Positions 57,462 to 64,000 of a stretch of 64,000 nt of DNA are shown here, one piece after another (the stretch's first letter is position 1; each line of letters begins with the position of its first letter). A model generated the notes under the pieces. That model had not been told where the DNA came from. It made no database searches and saw nothing but the letters and a program-made list of their open reading frames with translations. This DNA comes from the human T2T-CHM13v2.0 reference genome, Homo sapiens. Location: assembly GCF_009914755.1 (NCBI RefSeq), contig NC_060933.1; one strand, 5' to 3'. Position numbers and translations under genes: made by a program.

Positions 57462-58758
57462 AAATTCTCCATGTTTAAAGAAAAAGTTTTATGTAACAAA
57501 TGCTAGGATAAAATATCTCAACAAATTAAGAGTGATTGTCTCTGGATAGTGGGATTAAAATTTCTTTTCTAAAGTTTCACATTTTTTTGATTTTTATCAT
57601 TAGAAAAAAAATCAGCAAAACAGGTAGAGAGATATGATTCATTTGAAGTCTGTGGAGACTCATAAAAGTTTCATGACATAATGAAAGTGAGCAAGTAGAA
57701 AACAAAGTCAGTTGTACATGACAATTTCAGGAGTTCATTCATTCATTCCTTAACAAATATCTGAGTGATTACTATGAGCAAAACAGTGTAATAGACCCTT
57801 GAATTACAATGGCAAATAAAACAGAAAACAATAACCTCCCAGAAAAACAAAAATTGGAAGGAAATATATGTTAAGGTGGTGAAACTGTGAATCTTTTGCC
57901 TTGTAAATACATTTTTAAACATCACCATTACATTGTTTTTATATACAAATTATTATATTTTAAAAAAGTAGATATATCAAGAATGCAATAAAATGAAAGC
58001 AATCTTTCTAGAGCAATGTAGCCCAGACTTTATCCACTTTTTCCAAATCATCCAGAAGAATTCTCAAGTCCATTTATTTAGCAACTTTTTTCGCATGGAA
58101 TTTGGAAACACTAAAGAGTGGAAGGAAGAGCAGAATTAGAGGAAAGGACAATGAGGGGACTGAATGGCTTTGTCATCACAATCTTGTTAATTATCACATA
58201 GAAATGTCAGTTTTTTTTTAAACACACACATGGAAATTAAGAAAGTGTGTTAGCTTTTTGCCATGAGATTGCTTTTCTTTAGTGCCTCTTGAATTTTAGT
58301 GTGAGGGAACAGAAGCCTGAGGAAACAGAAAATAAAGAACTCACATTTAAAAAAATTGAATACATATTACATGTCAGCTGCTGTCATTAATCCACTTGAT
58401 ATAAGCTATTCTATTTAATTAATACCTCAAACACTATGAGTAGTTATCATTATCTCATTATTTCTATTTTATGAGTAAGGTTTTCTAAACTTCATTTATG
58501 GGCATGTTATGAATAGAATGGATTATATTCATTATCTTTTAGAGCCTTTTTTCTTTCTTGTCTCTTGCTTTCACATGAGGGTATCCACCTGTCCTTTACA
58601 TTATATACTTATTCTAGCTCTTTCTAGCTGTACCTTAAAGGAACTGTACTTGTTATGATTACAGGCCTATCCTATGCCATCTTCCATTACTCAGCCAGGC
58701 AGTGAGGCGTTTCTGGCTAATACTTGTCTGCTTTACAAATCCCTTGATATTTCCTAGT

Positions 58759-59084
58759 CCAGAAGGTGTTGAACTGGTGACCCTCCAGCACTAGCAGGCA
58801 TGCAGTTTGTTTTTTAAAAAGTGAGTAAGTTGTCAACATTTAAGGGGATTTTTACATTAAAAAAATCCAGTCTGGCTTCCCTTGAAAAGTCAGAATATCT
58901 GGCAATGTTCCCTGTGAGTAACAGCTGGTTGCAGCTGAGTAGTAGCTGGCTGGCTGCTGTAGAAAGGCCAGGCACTCTTCAGTGACATACGATATCACTA
59001 CTCCCTACTGTATTATTTGGGACTGTTTTGGACATTTCCATTACCTTCATGGCCTCTAGAAGGCATCTGAGTTGGAGACCTCTG
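58759..59084. mobile_element. MER102-type hAT-Charlie relic
   Basis: ctggcttcccttgaaaagtcagaatatctggcaa...gctgagtagtagctg...ggcatctgagttggagacctctg. Confidence 0.7.
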
Positions 59085-59087
59085 CCC

Positions 59088-59450
59088 CAGGTCATTGATT
59101 CTCAAACTGTACTGTGCATATATGAATAATCTGGAGGAGTTTGTTAAAAAGAAAACAGATATATGAGGTCATAGCATATAATATAGTGGAATTCAGTGAG
59201 GCTAAAATTCTATACTTTAAAAACTACCAAATGTGATTTTTTTTTCCCAGGTGGTTCCTGGTCACATTTTGAAAATCACGTTGGATGACACTCTTAGGAT
59301 AATGTGGTCCAAAAAACAAAAAACAAATGATACTCAGATCGTGTGTGAAGTTGTTTGTTTGCTTTTTAAATAGATTTCTGTGCTCCAACCTCAGGAGTTC
59401 TGATTTGATAAATCTGGGAATCTACATTTTGAAATTATCTGGGTGCTGCT
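59088..59450. mobile_element. MER5-type hAT fragments
   Basis: gattctcaaact...ggagtttgttaaaa...cacattttgaaaatcac; a second piece agatttctg...tctgatttga...atctacattt. Confidence 0.6.
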
Positions 59451-60129
59451 AACAAACAGATGGCTACCACACCCGGCGGCTGAAACCTAAAGAGTCGTAC
59501 TTAATGACGGATGAGCAGTGAGTAAAACAGGAAGTTAGGAATAGACTTGGCTAATCTTACCAAGATCTGAACTCTTGTCTGATTTCCCGATACTTTGTTT
59601 GACAGGAGATAACAAGGTAAAATACAGTTCCAGGCTTTTCCTTTCTCACTGATGATTATTTCCAGTAAATTTACTTTTCATCAACTTTGACTTTCTCTAA
59701 TTTTAAATGTCAAGAATCTTTGGCTACAAAATATAGAGAAATTCGCAGAAGAGGTGAATGAGGAGTTGGGAAAGCAGTGGTTCAAAGATGTGAGAACAAT
59801 GTCACTTTCTGTCATTTGTGGTCTGTGGCAAATTGGAAATGATTTAGGGAGAATGAAGGAAGTAGGAAAAGTTTAATAGGGTAGTAGAAACAGGTTTTCT
59901 ATTTATTACAAAATCAATTTCCCCAAGGCCTTACTTTTCCAGCTTTGTTCTACATCTTATAACATGGTAAATTCTAGGTGGTCAGGAGTTCTGTCCACCG
60001 CAGTGAATGAGGACCCTCTTTCACAGGGCCTTGCACTCTTTTAGGTTCCCATCACCATACCTTGACATATGGTGGGTTTTCCACAGGTGTGATTTAGCAG
60101 TTACACTAGAATGAATGAAAGTGGACCAT

Positions 60130-60670
60130 TAATTCAGTTTAACCAATAGTCATTGAGCATCTATTATGAGCCAGACATTGTGTGAGGAGCACAGGGTTTG
60201 GTCTAGTGAGAGAGGAGGAGAGAGACACATGTTAACAAATAATTACATAACTGTATGACAGATCTAGAAAGATGACCGTAGAAAAGTCACATAGAAGTGA
60301 AAGTTGTCAATCATGGTAGGGAGAGAGTGGCCAGTGTACCATGCACAGAAGAGCAAAGGATGAAGATTGAATTTCAGGCAGACACAAGGGAAAATGGTAT
60401 GCCAAGCAGTGAGAACAACATGTGCATATGCTTGGAATAGTATTCCACATTTAGGCATTACTGGAGCACAAAGTACAAAGGGCAAGTGTTAGTATGAAGA
60501 ATAAATGAGGAGAGGAGTGATGTGAGGATCAGATAATGAAGGGTCTTGAATGCTACGCTAAGCTGCTTAGAATTCACCTTATAGGTTACTGTTTGGCAGA
60601 GTGTAGGTGATTCATGAGATGATTTTAGGTTGTTCAGAAACTTTACATTAATATAACACTGAATCACATA
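60130..60670 (-). mobile_element. L2 relic
   Basis: ttgagcatctattatgagccagacattg...gcaagcagtgagaacaacatgtgc...gaagggtcttgaatgc. Confidence 0.7.
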
Positions 60671-61139
60671 GTGAGAAACTTAATTCCTTTTCAATTAGCA
60701 TTTAATCCATCTGTTTACTTAAGCAGAAAGCCTCAGTTTGGTGTCAGCGTGTCTTTAACACTTTTATAGCACCTAGAAATTTCCTCTTTTAAAAAAGTAC
60801 TCAGATTCAGACCTCAGGCAGGCAAGGGTACCTAGCTAGAACTGTTTAGTTTTTATTGTGTATTTATTTTTATAGTTAATTTCTATTTATGGCAAATGGT
60901 ACTGGTATTTCATTAATGTTGTCATGAAAAGATTTTTAAAAGTGAATTTATTTAGGTAAAACAACAAGTTAATTTAAAACATTAATAGCAGTAGATGATG
61001 CAGAGATATGGCAAAAATTATGAGGGCAGTAACTGAATGCCTGAAGTTTGGGACATACTGCTGCCATTTAGGGGTTTAAGCAGGTTAGTACACCGATTCT
61101 TTTTCTGACAGAAGCTGGGACAAGAGAATAGAAGTGGTG

Positions 61140-61453
<314 letters not shown>

Positions 61454-62808
61454 TTAGGAGGCCATTTAAATTTCAGTGTTTCAATGGCCTCTTAAGTCAG
61501 TTAGGAGCCATTGAAATACTGTAGGCAGAGATGGTATGGCCATGGTTAAGCTTACTGATTTATTACTGATCTCTCCTAGAGTTACTTCCCCCTCTCATTC
61601 TGCAAGGAGAACCTAATGGTTCCCCTGGCTTGAGCTCAGGGCTAAATCCTGAAGTAGTTCTGAAAGCTGGAGATGCAAAGGACTTTAAGTGGCTGCTGCC
61701 CTGCAAGTGTTAAAGACAGAGTTGGAATGAAGTAAGCTTCATAGGTTATGAATAGGATATGATCATTTCCAGTATTTCAACCCACTACCCAGTACTATTT
61801 AGAAACTGATGCAATCTTAAATCTTAACTAATATATTTTTATGAATATAAACTAGCAATCCTAGCTTTAATACTTGACTTCCCAAGTGTCTCTTATTCTC
61901 ATCTGTGTTCTGGCTGTAGTCCTCCTATCCTGATGGCTCCCCAACTTCCCTTCTTCCTCCTCAGGCCTAAGGTGAACAGCCGAGCACCCTGGGTTCTTCT
62001 CCCTGACCATGGGAGCATCCAAGATAAACACACTTTTTAAGTCCCCGTTTGGGAATTATGAAACCCTGCTCTTTTTTCCTCCCCTTCCAGCTGCTGCTGA
62101 CCATTTAGAAGTTACAGTTTGACTGTGTTGGTCCATTGCAGGAGGATGAAACAAGGGTGGGTTGTTCCTGTTGCCAAATTAGTACCAAGGAAGATAGGTC
62201 CTAACTTTCCAGAATTGAAGCTAGGAGTATGTTTTCCTGAAGATGTTTCAATAACAATGCCTCTCATCTATTTTTAAAATTTGAATTTATAAAGTGCTTT
62301 TATGTGTATTAATTCACTGAAGTCTGTATTAAGTTTTTTAAATGGCACAGTAGGCTCTCAATAAAAACCAGTTTAATGAATGACTATTTATAAACTGAGG
62401 CTCAGAGAAGTTTCCCAAAGCTCTACAGATGATTCTAAAACCAAACTTGAAATCAGGTCTCTGGTTCTCCTCCCGACTCCATATCCCCTTGGTCTCAAAC
62501 AGAAAGAGTCTGTTACAGATGATGTTTAGTGTCTATAGAATTATTAATACCAGAACTCTGCTATACAATGGGTCAAATAGGCTTTTGAGGCCTGGCCTGA
62601 GGTCTTAACAAGAACAGATAACATTGTTTCAATGGAAAAATCAATTTTGAATTAGAGCATAATTCATCTGCAAATTGTGACAACTTGGGTATATATCCGT
62701 CTTTCCATATAGATATATAATAGAAAAATGCTTTTTAATATAATGATTTATATGTATTGATTAAAAAATCATACACACATTTCTGTTTCTAGAAATTTTG
62801 TGCTTTCT

Positions 62809-63014
62809 CATGGAAACATAGAGGGGAACAATAGACTCTGGAGCCTACTAGAGGGTGAAGAGTGGGAGGAGGGAGAGGATCAGAAAAAATAATGAAAACT
62901 AGGCTCAATACATGGGTGATGAAATAATCTGTACAACAGACTCCTGTGACACAAGTTTACCTATGTAACAAACCTGCGTGTGTACCTCTGAACTTAAAAT
63001 AGAAGTAAAACAAA
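62809..63014 (+). mobile_element. L1PA13-16-type 3' end with an 18-bp TSD
   Basis: TSD agaaatt(t/c)tgtgctttct at 62791-62808 and 63015-63032. Confidence 0.9.
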
Positions 63015-63077
63015 AGAAATTCTGTGCTTTCTGTGTACCTATATCTCAACAGAATGCCATGAATTGGAAAGAGTACA

Positions 63078-63430
63078 TGATATGGTTTGGCTGTGTCTCC
63101 ACCCAAATCTCAACTTGAATTGTATCTGCCTGGATTCCCATGTGTTGTGGGAGGGACCCAGAGGGAGGTAATTGAATCATGGGGGCCAGTTTTCCCATTC
63201 TATTCTAGTGATAGTGAATGAGTCTTACAAGATCTGATGAGTTTATCAGGGGTTTCCGCTTTTGCTTCTTCCTCATTTTCTCTTTCTGCCACCATGTAAG
63301 AAGTGCCTTTTGCCTCCCGCCATGATTCTAAGGCTTCCCCAGACATGTGGAACTGTAGGTTCAATTAAAACTCTTTTTCTTCCCAGTCTGGGGCATGTCC
63401 TAATCAGCAGCATGAAAACTAACTAATATA
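63078..63430 (+). mobile_element. THE1A MaLR LTR (5' LTR)
   Basis: tgatatggtttggctgtgtc...ctcaacttgaattgta...ggggtttccgcttttgcttcttcctcatt...ctaatata. Confidence 0.92.
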
Positions 63431-64000
63431 GTAAATTGGTACCAGTAGAGTGGGGCGTTGCTGAAAAGATACCCGAAAATGTGGAAGCGACTTTGGAACT
63501 GGGTAATGGGCAGAGGCTGGAACAGTTTGGAGGGCTCAGAAGAAGATAGAAAAATGTGGGAAAGTTTGGAACCTCCTAGAGAGTTGTTGAAAGGCTTCGA
63601 CAAAAATTTTTATAGTGATATGAACAATAAGGTCCAGGCTGAGGTGGTCTCAGTTGAAGATGAGCACCATGTTGGGAACTGAAGCAAAGGTGACTCTTGT
63701 TATGTTTCAGCAAAGAGACTGGAGGCATTTTACCCCTGCCCTAGAGATTTGTGGAACTTTGAACTTGAAAGAGATGATTTAGGGTATCTGGCCAGAAGAA
63801 ATTTCTAAGCAGCAAAGCATTCGAAAGGTGACTTGGGTGCTGTTAAAAGCATTCCATTTTAAAAGGGAAACAGAACACAAAGGTTCAGAAAATTTGCTGC
63901 CTGATGATGCAGTGGAAAAGAAAAATCCATTTTTGGGGAGAAATCCAAGCTGGCTGCAGAAATTTGAATAAGTAGCAGAGAGCCTAATGTTAATCCACAA
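63431..64000 (+). mobile_element. THE1 internal sequence (runs off the window)
   Basis: gtaaattggtaccagtagagtggggcgttgctg...ggaacagtttggagggctcagaagaaga. Confidence 0.92.

Noticed and set aside
63458-63682. 74-aa ORF in THE1 internal sequence
   Set aside because: Decayed MaLR internal ORF remnant with nearby stops.

Overview
Human (primate) genomic DNA, AT-rich and repeat-rich, lying wholly inside the NMDA receptor subunit gene GRIN3A (GluN3A) on the minus strand. Only two coding exons are present: 29209-28605 (605 nt, amino-terminal domain) and 13894-12847 (1048 nt; end of ATD, S1, M1-M3, start of S2). They have canonical AG/GT ends and splice in frame. I identify them as exons 2 and 3 from recalled gene structure. 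The rest is intron, filled with Alu, L1, L2, MIR, Tigger/MER DNA-transposon relics, an ERV1 solo LTR, a THE1A LTR with internal sequence, microsatellites and a 29-bp VNTR. I found no prokaryote-style system (CRISPR, operon) and no new protein-coding gene. The most unusual signals are: a 42-bp near-perfect hairpin in intron 3; several locally templated duplications and inversions; three atypical retrotransposition products (a 26-bp Alu stub, a tailless Alu, a twin-primed L1); a possible intronic-polyadenylation isoform with a hydrophobic tail; an in-frame exon 2-3 circle; a CTCF-like motif in an LTR; and the Arg487 allele. Repeat subfamily names come from recalled consensus sequences, and the boundaries of old repeats are approximate.
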